A stretch of 64,000 nt of DNA from Hypanus sabinus (taxonomy: Eukaryota): assembly GCF_030144855.1 (NCBI RefSeq), contig NC_082730.1, positions 15,376,001-15,440,000 on the forward strand, read 5' to 3'. Position 1 is the first letter of the stretch, and each line of letters opens with the position of its first letter. Shown here piece by piece: positions 12,784 through 23,575 of this stretch. The translations under genes were made by a program, and so were the position numbers. The notes under the pieces were generated by a model. That model ran no database searches and was not told the origin of the DNA. It worked only from the letters and a program-made list of their open reading frames with translations.

Positions 12784-12905
12784 ACCACACACCAATTGTG
12801 TTACTATAGATTTTGATCGAACTTCCTGCTGCCTTCTTCCTTATTTTTATTTCAGTCATTTCTCTCTGAAGACAGATAGATCCTGACTGTGTCTCTGTGA
12901 ATAAA
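12784..12905 (+). promoter_or_regulatory. Proximal promoter/5' UTR of the receptor gene
   Basis: ACCACA (RUNX-type) at about 12784 and ACTTCCTG (Ets) at 12821-12828, the latter conserved in the 4601 paralog; pyrimidine tract plus cag at 12855 could also act as an acceptor. Confidence 0.5.
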
Positions 12906-12945
12906 ATGCTGTGGACATTGATTCTTCTGATTGGGATCCTACCTG
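12906..12945 (+). CDS. CD300/pIgR-like (MDIR-type) inhibitory receptor, exon 1: signal peptide MLWTLILLIGILP
   Basis: ATG with A at -3, hydrophobic peptide, phase-1 donor G|gtgagt; splicing to 14406 gives MLWTLILLIGILPVSGALWAE. Confidence 0.9.
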
Positions 12946-13850
12946 GTGAGTGACAGACGGCACTGGACACCTGCATAATCAGTGTTGGATTGGGGGTCAA
13001 ACAACGTTTCCACATCAGTGCTTGAATAATTGTAGACACAAAGATGTCGGAAACTGGAGTTCAGAGCACACTCCTGGGGGAGCTCAGTGGGTCAAGCAGC
13101 ATTTGTCAGGGGGAGGGGAAATGTCAAAGGTTTGGGTCGAGACCCTGCGTCATTGTGTGAGTGGAGAGGGAGAAGGTGTAAATAGGAGAGGGGACGGCGT
13201 GTAACTGAGTCCTCAAGTTAGTCGGGGCTGAGGTCTTGTGAAGCACAACAGGCAAATGGAATGGGGTGGAAAAAGGAGGTGGGTGAGAGTTAAGGAGCAA
13301 AGAGGAATAGTGTAGAGCTAGGTGTGGGGAGAATATGTCCTGCTGGAGAAATCTCCTGGAACCTGTTAAGCAAGACCATCAGGTCTACCATTGCTGGAAT
13401 CTGATCTCACTCTGCAGGGATCACTATGACATTCGACATTATTGTCTTGAAATCAGAGTTCTTCCTGGTCCACTCCAATGGTGCAGTTAGCAGAGAACGT
13501 TACCAGATCTGGAGTCAAAGTAAACCAGGGTGGTAGGGATGAGAGATTTCTCTCCCTAAAAGCCTTTCCAATCCAGATGGGATTTTGACAATCTGGCAGT
13601 TCATCATTGTTGTTTTTGATATGTGTTGTTTTTTTTTAATTCCAGAAATAATAAATTGGATTTTAGCACTCAAAGTATCGCAACAGTTATTGAAATTACA
13701 CCGGGATTTCTAGACACTAAAGTACCAATGATCATTGTTACACCACCTTCTAACTACACATAGGAATACTTGATAAGTTCGGTAATTACAATTTGCTTCA
13801 GAACCAGAGGACACAGTTTCTGACATCATGAGGGGTCTGTTTCTGCAGTT

Positions 13851-14017
13851 NNNNNNNNNNNNNNNNNNNNNNNNNNNNNNNNNNNNNNNNNNNNNNNNNN
13901 NNNNNNNNNNNNNNNNNNNNNNNNNNNNNNNNNNNNNNNNNNNNNNNNNNNNNNNNNNNNNNNNNNNNNNNNNNNNNNNNNNNNNNNNNNNNNNNNNNNN
14001 NNNNNNNNNNNNNNNNN
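13851..14017. other. Assembly gap (167 N) inside intron 1
   Basis: Run of n characters. Confidence 1.
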
Positions 14018-14405
14018 TGGACATTCTGAAATAACTGAAAGTTCAACACTTTCCAAACTTTCAGGGCCTCAGAAGGCATGTATGGTATTGAATTCCATAG
14101 ATTCAGCACCCTCTGGATTCAGCACCCTCATAGATTCTGCCACCCTCCCTCAGTACTGCACTGGAATATCAACCATCGGTTTCTGCTCAGGACTCTGGAG
14201 TGGGAAGCATACTGAGACAGGGGAGAGATCACTGACACGACTGACAGAGTAACCGCACTGAACGCACCTCAAGCCAAATTCTTTGGCTGCGGTGTGATTG
14301 TCCACTTGCTGAGCATGACCTGCACCTGTTTTCACCATCATGTTCAAAAATATGTGTTGCATTAATTTGTTATTTTCTCCTCAAATCTGAAAATGCTTCC
14401 CTCAG

Positions 14406-14726
14406 TTTCAGGTGCATTGTGGGCAGAGAAAAATGTAAGAGGAGATGTGGGAAGAGCGATCACAATCGATTGTCACTATGGAGCACAGTACCACTCAGAC
14501 ACAAAGTACTGGTGCCATGGATGGACTCCGCAATGTTCAGTTTTAGTGAAAACAAAAGGGCAACATGGACGGAGTGGACGAGTGTCAATCACAGATAACC
14601 CGGAACGGGGAATATTTACTGTTACTATGGAGGATCTTCACTCTGGAGATACAGGATGGTACGGCTGTGGAATTGAAATAACAGGTCTCGATAAAAGATT
14701 TAATTTAGAACTAAAAGTATCTGATG
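14406..14726 (+). CDS. Receptor exon 2: Ig V domain 1 (CD300/pIgR type)
   Basis: ctcag| acceptor (alternative at 14412), 321 nt, phase 1-1, G|gtaggt donor; ITIDCHY...TKYWCHGWTPQC...DTGWYGCG has the canonical Cys pair plus the extra C-C' Cys pair. Confidence 0.95.
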
Positions 14727-14929
14727 GTAGGTTTCTCAGTGATTGATTTCTGCCTTTCATAAAATAAGTGTCTCATGATCTTTGTCCAGACCCTGTCCAT
14801 CCCTCACTATCTCTGCATTAATATCAGTGCCAAATGTTTCCCTTTAAACAGCAGGTCACTGACCCCGGTCACTATTTCATTCTCTCCTGAAAGCCACTAA
14901 TCATGTGTGAGATATCTGAAAAGTTGCTG

Positions 14930-15490
14930 CCTTTAAACAATTAGTGGCTGCTTTATTAGGCATCTCCTGTACATAATAGAGTGGCCATGGAGTGTATGTT
15001 CATGGTCTTTTGCTTCTGTGTCCCATCCACTTCGAGGTTTGACGTGCTGCACCTTCAGATACTCTTTAGCACACCACTGTCGTAACGCCTGGTTCTGAAT
15101 TACTGACAGCTTGAACCAGTCCGGACATTCTCCTCTCACATCTCTCATTAACAAGGCACTTTTGTTCACTGAATTACTGCTCTCTGGATGTTATTTCATG
15201 TTGTTTGCTCCATTCTCTGTAAACTCTAGAGACAGTTGTGTGTGGAAATCCCAGGAGATGAATAAAACCTGAGATATTTAAACTACCCTGCCTGGCCCCA
15301 GCAATTATTTCATGGTCAAAGTTACTTAGATCAAATTTCTTTCTCATTCTGATATTTGGCCTGAACATTGACTAAACCTCTTGAATACTTCTGCATGCTT
15401 TTATGGACGGAGGTGCTGCCACATGATTGATTAAATAGATGTTTGCATTAGTGATCAGGTGAATATTTATACCTAATAAAGTGGCATAAG
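14930..15490 (-). mobile_element. Tc1-derived remnant in intron 2
   Basis: MRKKFDLSNFDHEIIAGARQGSLNIS...LLGFPHTTVSRVYREW. Confidence 0.85.
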
Positions 15491-15546
15491 AGTGTATGTT
15501 TTTCAGATGTTCATTCAGAGTCTGAATGTTTAATTCTTTCCCACAG

Positions 15547-15867
15547 ATCCTGTGTCTGTTCCTGTGGTTCGATATCTGTCACCAGCAAATGTTTCACGTC
15601 TCGGGGGCTCAGTGTCACTTTCCTGTGAGTCCTTCCAGGGATCCCTTCCCAGTCAGTACAGCTGGTATGAACAAACCTCATCTGGGTATCGAAAGATCTC
15701 AGATACTAATGAACTGACTCTGCGTTGTCAATCCTTCAACCACCAGCACTATCAATATTACTGTGGAGCCTCAAACTGGAAGGGAGCAAGATCCAGTGCA
15801 ATGGTTAATGTGACAGTCTTCAACAACAGAGAGATCTGCAGTTATGTGACAGCAATCAATGGCACCA
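15547..15867 (+). CDS. Receptor exon 3: Ig C2-type domain 1 (FcR-like)
   Basis: ccacag| acceptor, 321 nt, A|gtaagt donor; PVSVPVV...SVSLSCESFQGSLPSQYSWY...YQYYCGASN. Confidence 0.95.
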
Positions 15868-17679
15868 GTAAGTTCTCCTTTCAAGGGAGGAGACATTTAA
15901 ATATTTCTTTATGTTACTCTGTTACTGCAGCTCTTGTACTGTTGGTGAGGGTAAGGAATATCTTTGCATTTGTAGAAGCTACTCATTGCAGCCCCCATGG
16001 GGTAGAAATAAAGGGCAGAGAACAGTTAAGTCTTTCACTTCCTCCAGGAAGATGTGGAGCATCTCAAACTCAGTTGGACTTATGCATCCAAACTGATTGA
16101 GAACATTCCATTAATACTTTACTTTGAAAAGCCTAAAGTAGGTGTTCAGTTGTGAGACAGTGTCATTCTCATGAAAGAAAAAGGAAGGATTTATAATATT
16201 GCAAATATTATTGGGAATGACAGAAATTTGGCAATGTCAGGGGGCAAAAATGAGTGTGGTTGCTATTACTAAGCAGAAGGTGCTTAGGAAGCTGTGAGAT
16301 CTGAAGGTAGATCAGTCACTTGGACCAGACGGACTACACCACAATTCCTGAAAGAGTTATATAAAGAAATTGTGGAGGCATTAGTGGTGATCTTTCAAGA
16401 ATAATTAGATTCTGGAATGTACAAAGGATTGGAAAATTGGAAATATCACCCCACTCTTTAAGAAAGGAGGGAGGCAATGAAATAGAATTCTGAATTTAAC
16501 CTTTCAAAAGTGTGTTCCAGCTTGGGGAGGATGCTGAAGAGTCAGAGAGTTACAGGGTATGGGTACAGGAGCTTCACCCCAAATCATCCATGCTGAACAC
16601 AGTGTCTTCCTGAGCTTCTCCCATTTCCCTGCAATTGGCCTTTATCCTTCTAAAACTTTCCTGTACATGAACTTGTCCAAATGTATTTTAAATAGTTTAT
16701 TTGTACCCATTTTTAGCATTGCCTGTTGCAATTTTTTCCATGCACACACTGCTCTGTGGAAAGCACTGCCACTCCAGGCTCTCTAAGAAATTCCCCTCAC
16801 TCCTTAAGCCAAGAGTCTCTAGTTTTCGACTCCCCTACCCTGGAATAAAGACAGTGATTATCCACAATACCTTTGCCAACAAAATAAAGTAACACAATAG
16901 AATCCATGTAAAACCATACACGACAAAGGCTGACAAACAAACTATGTGCAAAAGATGACAAATAGTGAAAATAATAAAAATACTTAAACAAATAATACAC
17001 AGAACATGATAGGCAGAGTCCCTGAAAGTGAGTTCACAGCTGCAGAGTCAGTTCAGAGCTGTGGCGTGTGAAACTAATCCAGGGGCCTGATTGCTGTCGG
17101 ACAACAACTGTTTACGAACCCTGTGGTGTCGGCCCTAAGACTCCTGCACCTTCCACCTGATGGTAGTACTGAGAAGAGAGGGAGACGGGTCAAATACAAG
17201 CAGACAGGACAGGCTCAGGTGGGGGGGGGGGGAGCTTGCTGGCACTGACTAATGGGGCTGAACACCGGCTCTTTTTCAAAGCCCCTCTGTTAACTTCAAC
17301 AACTCTTTCCACTGTCCACTGCACTATAGTATCATCCACAACACAGAAATCATGCCATCTTCATTTTCATTCCAAATTATTAATACTGATGACAAGTAAG
17401 AGTCATTAACAAGTAACAGCACTGACCCTAATGGCACACCACTGGTCTGAATCAGAAGTTGCCAGAAAACCAACACTCCACCACCACAATCTGACTCCTT
17501 CCACCAGGCCTATTCAGTATCCATCCAGCGAGCTTATCATGTGATCTCACATTACAGATCAGTCTACTATGCAATGCATGGTCATAAGCCTTGCTAAACT
17601 CAACTGCTAAATTCTAAGGTCCTGTTCTCATTAGTTCCTTAGATCATTTCTCAAAGAAAACTCAGTCAAATATTTATTT

Positions 17680-18210
17680 TTGTAATTTGAATTTTTATTA
17701 TTATTTATTCTTATTTTACAAAGCAGCACAGCATATCATAGAGCAGATACAGTACAGCATATTTTACACAGACATCCCATGACAGGAAAATATTTAAAAC
17801 TAAGAAACAGAAAAAAAAATTCTAATTTAAGTTTAAATTACATACAACCAAAATTGATCCCACACATCTTGCACTTTTCCCTCACTGTTAATTCTTCCCA
17901 ACATGTGTTCATAAGAAGAAATCTTAACTATTTCTTCAGTCCATTCCTTCACAGTGGGACATCTGTTTTTTTTTTTTCAGTTTTGCAATATAATTCTTAA
18001 AGCTGTGTTGTGACCCACATTTAAAATATTAAATTTGTCATTGTTTACATTAGGTATCAGAGGATTTCCCATGCACAAAATCAGGTTCGCTATCCAAAAT
18101 CAGATCTTATCTTTGTAAATACAGGTAGACCCTGCTCACACAATCTCCTCCAGTAAGTTACCCACCACTGACCTTATACTCACCTGCCTGGAATGTGACT
18201 GGATCTGTAA
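17680..18210 (-). mobile_element. L1/Tx1-type LINE 3' end
   Basis: Reverse strand EWTEEIVKISSYEHMLGRINSEGKVQDVWDQFWLYVI* followed by an A-rich tail. Confidence 0.65.
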
Positions 18211-18221
18211 TCTATTGACTC

Positions 18222-18630
18222 AGAACCATAGAACCATAGAACATTACAGCACAGAAACAGGCCTTTTGGCCCTTCTTGGCTGTGCCGAACCATTTTCCTG
18301 CCTAGTCCCACTGACCTGCACCTGGCCCATATCCCTCTAAACCCCTCTCATCCATATACCTGTCCAAGTTTTTCTTAAATGTCAGAAGTGAGCCTGCATT
18401 CACCACTTCATCTGGCAGCTCATTCCACACTCCCACCACTCTCTGCGTGAAGAAGCCCCCCCACTGTTCCCTTTAAACTTTTCCCCTTCCCCTTAACCCA
18501 TGATTTCTGGTTTTATTCTCCCCTGGGCCTTAGTGGAAAAAGCCTGCTTGCATTCACTCTATCTATACCCATCATAATTTTATACACCTCTATCAAATCA
18601 CCCCTCATTCTTCTACGCTCCAGGGAATAA
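18222..18630 (-). mobile_element. CR1 LINE 3' end
   Basis: agaaccatagaaccatagaacattacagcacagaaacaggcc is the reverse complement of a CR1 3' tail with short tandem repeats. Confidence 0.85.
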
Positions 18631-19006
18631 GAAATGTGGAAACATACTGAGACATTAGTGGGCAGTGACAATAATGATTCTAATCAAATAAAAATCATTA
18701 CTTGTGAAGAGTTGTGAGCACGTGATGAGGGACGATGCTGTTGTCTTCTCAGTCCATGTGGAATTCAATTATACCAATAGACAGTTTTGCAGATTCCTTA
18801 GAACACAGCAACAGCTTTAAATAAAATATCTTTATTTTTATTCTGATGATTGCATTTCTTATATTTTGTGTCAGATCCAATGTGATAATAATTTTGTTCT
18901 CCTTTACACCTTTGTACAGGAAATTACATGAACCGATATACAATCTTGAATCTCCCTGAGTTGATCTGATTTCACCTGTGCATTTTCTGAGAAACTTGTC
19001 CTTCAG

Positions 19007-19327
19007 TTTCAGGTGCTTTATGGGCAGAGGAATCAGTAAGAGGAGTTGTGGGAAGAGCGATCACAATCAATTGCCACTATGCACCATTGTACCGTTCACA
19101 CACAAAGTATTTCTGCCGCATGCGGGATCACCAATGCATGTCGTTAGTGAATACAAATGGGACAAATGAGCAGTATGGAAGAATGACAATCAGAGATAAC
19201 ACATCCCAGGGAATATTTACTGTTACTATGGAGAAGCTTGTTTCTAATGATAAAGGAGTTTACAGATGTGGAATTACAACATCTGGCAAGCATCCAGTGT
19301 TTGATGTGCATCTCCAAGTATCTGACG
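19007..19327 (+). CDS. Receptor exon 4: Ig V domain 2
   Basis: cttcag| acceptor (alternative at 19013), 321 nt, G|gtaggt donor; ITINCHY...TKYFCRMRDHQC...DKGVYRCG; 59/107 aa identical to V1 by manual count. Confidence 0.95.
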
Positions 19328-19514
19328 GTAGGTTTCTCATTGATTGACTTGATATCTTCACTGAAATGTCTGATTCATGTTTTTCCTGGGAAGCGTCAGG
19401 GCAGCAGGAATATCCTGAAGCTCCACAACAGTACAGAGCCCTGTGGGGAATGGACAAGTGTAAAGAAACCCCTCTCATGTTGCTCTCACCCAGTTCAGGG
19501 TCTGACCCACTGAT

Positions 19515-21180
19515 GAGACACCAATTTCCAGTGGAAGGCTCGGCACACATTTCTAGCTCTGAACTCCATGAAACATCACCTGTCAAAGGAGGAGGTGTTT
19601 GCCATCCTGAGGCAAATCAATGTGAATATATCCCCAGGGCCTGCTAATGTGTTTCCTCTGGCCTTACAGGAGGCAACTGCAGAGATTACAAGGGCCCTGG
19701 CAGACATATTTAAACTATTCTTAGTGACAGGAGCAGTACCAGAGGACTGGAGTCTAGCCAATGTTGTTCTGTTGTTTAAACAAGGTTTGTAACACAAACC
19801 AGGAAATTCTAGGGCAGTAATTCTGACATCAGTTGTAAGAAAATTATTAGAAGGTATTCTAAAAGTTTGGATGAATATAATATTTGGATAGACATGGAAT
19901 GTATAAGGATAGTCAGCACAGCTTCATGCGTGGTAGTTTACGTCTAACCAACCTTATAAAGTTTGTGAGGAGGATCCCAGGAAAGTGGATGAAGGCAAGA
20001 CAGTGGATGTTGTTCACATAGACTTTAGCAAGACTCTCACTGAAGCCCTGCATGGGCGGTTGGTTAACAAAGTTCAGTCGCTCGGCATTCAAAATGAGGT
20101 GGTAAATTGGATAGACATTGCCTTTGTGGGAGAAGCCAAAGAGTGGTATTAGAAGGTTACCTCTCTGACTTGAGGCCTGTGATTAGTGGAGTGTCGCAGG
20201 GATTGGAGCTGGGTCCATTGTTGTTTGAATCTGTATCAGTGATCTGGATAATAATGTAAAGAGCATCAGCAAATTTGTGGATGACACCAAGATTGGGGGT
20301 GGTGCATTGGACCATGAGGAAGGTGATCATGGCCTGCAGAGAGATCTATAACAGATGGGAAAATGAGCTGACAAATGGCAGATGGAATTTAGTGCAGACA
20401 CATGTGAGGTTTTGCACCTTGGTAGGACCAACCAGGGTAGGTCTTACACAGATAATGGTAGGGCACTGAGGAGTGTGGTAGAACAAAGGGAATACTGGTC
20501 AATAATTTTTGTAGGGTGCGTCGCAGTAAGATGGGAATGTAAGTAAAGCTTTTGGCACATTGGCCATCATAAATCAATGTATTGAGTACAAGAGATGGAT
20601 GTTATGTTGAACTTGTATAACATATTGCTGAGGCCAAATTTGAAGTATTGTGTGCACTTTTGGTCATCTACCTGGAGGAGAGATGTAAACGAGGTTGAAA
20701 AATTACAGAGAAAATTTACAAATACTTTGCCAGGTCTGGAGGACCTTATCTATAAGGAAAGAGTGACTAGGTTATGCCTGTATCACTTACAATGTAGAAG
20801 GTGGAGAGGAGAGTTGATAGAGGTGCACAAAATTATGAGGGGTATAGAAAGGGCAAACGGAGGCAGGCTTTTTCCACAAAGGGTGGGTGGGACAACAACC
20901 AGTGGTAATGGGTTAAAGGTAAGAGCTAAAACGTTTAAGGGGAACATGAGGGGAAACTTCTTCAGTCAGAGGATCTTAAGTGTGCGGAATGTGCTGTCAG
21001 CACAGGTGGTACATGCAAGCTCAACTTCAATAAGAGAAGTTTGGATTGGTTTATGGATGGTAGAGATGTGGAGGGTGATTGTCGCAGTGCAGGTGGATGT
21101 GAGTAGGCAGCTTAAATGGTTTAGCATGGATTAAATGGGCTGAAGGGCCTGTTTCTGTCCTGTACTACTCTGTCTCTGTA
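19515..21180 (+). mobile_element. CR1 LINE, 5'-truncated, degenerate
   Basis: PEDWSLANVVLLFK, RPNLKYCVHFWS...RRWRGELIEVHKIMRG...RGNFFSQR; CR1 3' UTR. Confidence 0.9.
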
Positions 21181-22935
21181 GTATGCAGTCGACATCCCCT
21201 CCAGTCACTGCCTTTTCATGTCCTCATCCAAAAGCCTCTTAAATATAGTTCTTATCTCTCTTTCCTCCAGTTGGTCTGACAATGGGTTCCATGCTTTCAC
21301 CACCCTCAGGATAAAAAAAACTTGTCAAGTTGTCACTTTTATTGTCATTTTGACCATAACTGCTGGTACAGTGCATAGTAAAAATGAGATAATGTTTTTC
21401 AGGACCATGGTGTTACCTGACACAGTACAAAAATTAGACTAAACTTTGTAAAAAAATTGAAACAGAGAATGCTACACTAGACTACAGACCTACACAGGAC
21501 TGCATAAAGTACACAAAGTTCAGGCAATACAATAAATAATAAACAGGACAATAGTGCAAGGTGTCAATCCAGGCTTTGGATATTCAGGAGTCTGATAGCT
21601 TGGTGGAAGAAACTGTTACATAGTCTGGTCGTGAGAGCCTGAATGCTTTGGAACCTTTTCCCAGATGGCAGGAGGGAGAAGAGATTTTATGAGGGGTGCA
21701 TGGGTCCTTCATAATGCTGTTTCCCCTGTAGTGTAAATGTTTGTGATGGTGGGAAGAGAGACCCCGATGATCTTCTCAGATTACCTCACTATCCGCTGCA
21801 GGGTCTTGTCTCACATATGTCCTTTAAACTCTTTCCTTATCACCTTAAAAGTATGCTCACTATTATTTGATATTTTAATCTTGGAAAAATATGTCTAACT
21901 ATCTTCCCTATCTTTGACTTCTCTAACTTTATAAACCTCTATCAGTTTGCTCCTCAGCCTCCTAAACTCCAGTGAAAACAATCTAAGTTTGTCCAATTTC
22001 TGTCCACAGCTAACACACACCAATCCAGATGACATCCCACTGAACCTCTTCACCCTCTCCAAAAACATCCACATCCTTTCTATCGGGTTGCAAACAGAAG
22101 TACACATTATGTTCTAATTGTGCTCTAAACAAAGTTTTATGAAGCTTCAAAATGCCATGTCAGATTGAGTCTCCAACATGTAGATTGAAGAAGGTAAATG
22201 TGCTGAATGCTTTCATTACCATTATGTCCAGTTGTGTTGCCACTTTCAGGGAGCAATGGACTTGTACCCCAAGAACTCTCTGTACATCAGTTCTAAAGGA
22301 ATACATCTGTTAAATTCCAAGTGTCGTCAAACTCCCTGAATTTGTGAGCACCATTTGATGGCTCTGGGCCTGTCCTTGCTGGAGTTTAGAATAATGAGGA
22401 TGGATTTTATTGAAAGCTGTTGAGCTTTGCCAAGCCCAGTGGATGTGAAGAGAGGTTTCCAACAGTGTGGCATCTCGGACCAGAAAGCACAGACTCAGAA
22501 TAGAAGGATGACCCTTTAAAAGAGATGAGGAGGAACTTCTTCAGCCAGAGGCTGGTGAATCTGTGAAATTCATTGCGATAAGTAGCTGTGGTGGTTAATT
22601 TATTGGGTATATTTAAAATGGAATTTCATAGGTTCTTGATTAGTAAGGGCATCAAAGGATACGGGGAGAAAGCAGGAGAATAGATTTACAGGGATAATAA
22701 ATCAGCCATGATGAAATTGTGGAGCAGATTCAATGGACAGAGTGGCCTAATTCTGCTCCAATGTTTCATGGTATTATGGTCTATGATCTCACACGATTCC
22801 TTGTTGGCTTTATATAGCTGTCAGTACTTATGGGTTCCTTTGCTGCTGTAGACCACCTAAACCAAATCACAAGTATACTCTCTCCTTTAAGGTCACCATT
22901 AATTTTGTACGTATCTGACAATTTCCTGCTTTCAG

Positions 22936-22941
22936 ATTATG
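22936..22941 (+). CDS. Candidate 6-nt micro-exon (ATTATG, adds Asp-Tyr)
   Basis: ctgac branch point, tttcctgctttcag acceptor, ATTATG, then a consensus gtgagt donor; phase 1-1 and in frame between V2 and C2-2. Confidence 0.4.
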
Positions 22942-23254
22942 GTGAGTTTTCCAGGACACACACAAATGTTGCCATTTCAAAGTCACACTGTTAGGTCTCA
23001 CTTCAGACTGTCTCCTTGCAGCTGAGAGAGACTGAAGCTCAGATTTTCACACTGACACTGTTGTTCTGATCAAGAATCCTGTTGTTTTCAGTGATACTGA
23101 CAGACATGGCAGTTCAGGCAGATGCAAGGGTGCAGAGACACAGTGAGCTAGACGAGCTGCTGAAATTCCAAACTTGTGGGTTCTGGTTGAAATACAAACT
23201 GCTGATATCTTTAGTGTGTTTGATTTTCAGATGTTCACTGATTCTTTTTAACAG

Positions 23255-23575
23255 AACCCCCGTCTGTTCCTTTGCTTCAATTTTCACCACCAACAAGTGG
23301 CTCAAGTTGTGGGGACTCCGTGTCAGTGTCCTGCGAGTCTGTCCATGGATCCCTTCCCATTCAGTACTCCTGGTATGAAAAGATGCCATCTGTGGATTCA
23401 AATATCTCTGATACCAATAAACTGGATCTACCTTGCCAATCATTAAAATACAAAAAATATCTGTATTATTGCAAAGCCTCAAATGTTAATGGAGAAGTGT
23501 CCAGTGAAATGGTCAACGTGTCCATCTCCAACAGTGTCAGCACCTGCAGAATTGTGATTGAAGTCAACAGCACGG
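23255..23575 (+). CDS. Receptor exon 5: Ig C2-type domain 2
   Basis: ttaacag| acceptor, 321 nt, G|gtaagt donor; PPSVPLL...SVSVSCESVHGSLPIQYSWY...YLYYCKASN, colinear with exon 3. Confidence 0.95.

Noticed and set aside
13710-14109. Four ORFs of 68-104 aa in the ORF track
   Set aside because: They run through the N gap and are artefacts.
14727-14775. ctcagtg just after V1 as a RAG heptamer (rearranging V segment)
   Set aside because: No nonamer at 12 or 23 bp spacing, not conserved after V2, and the V exon is complete with its own donor.
15868-16100. C-terminal extension of the 182-aa ORF 15552-16100
   Set aside because: It is intron read-through past the strong gtaagt donor at 15868; the paralogous exon 5 ends at the same position.
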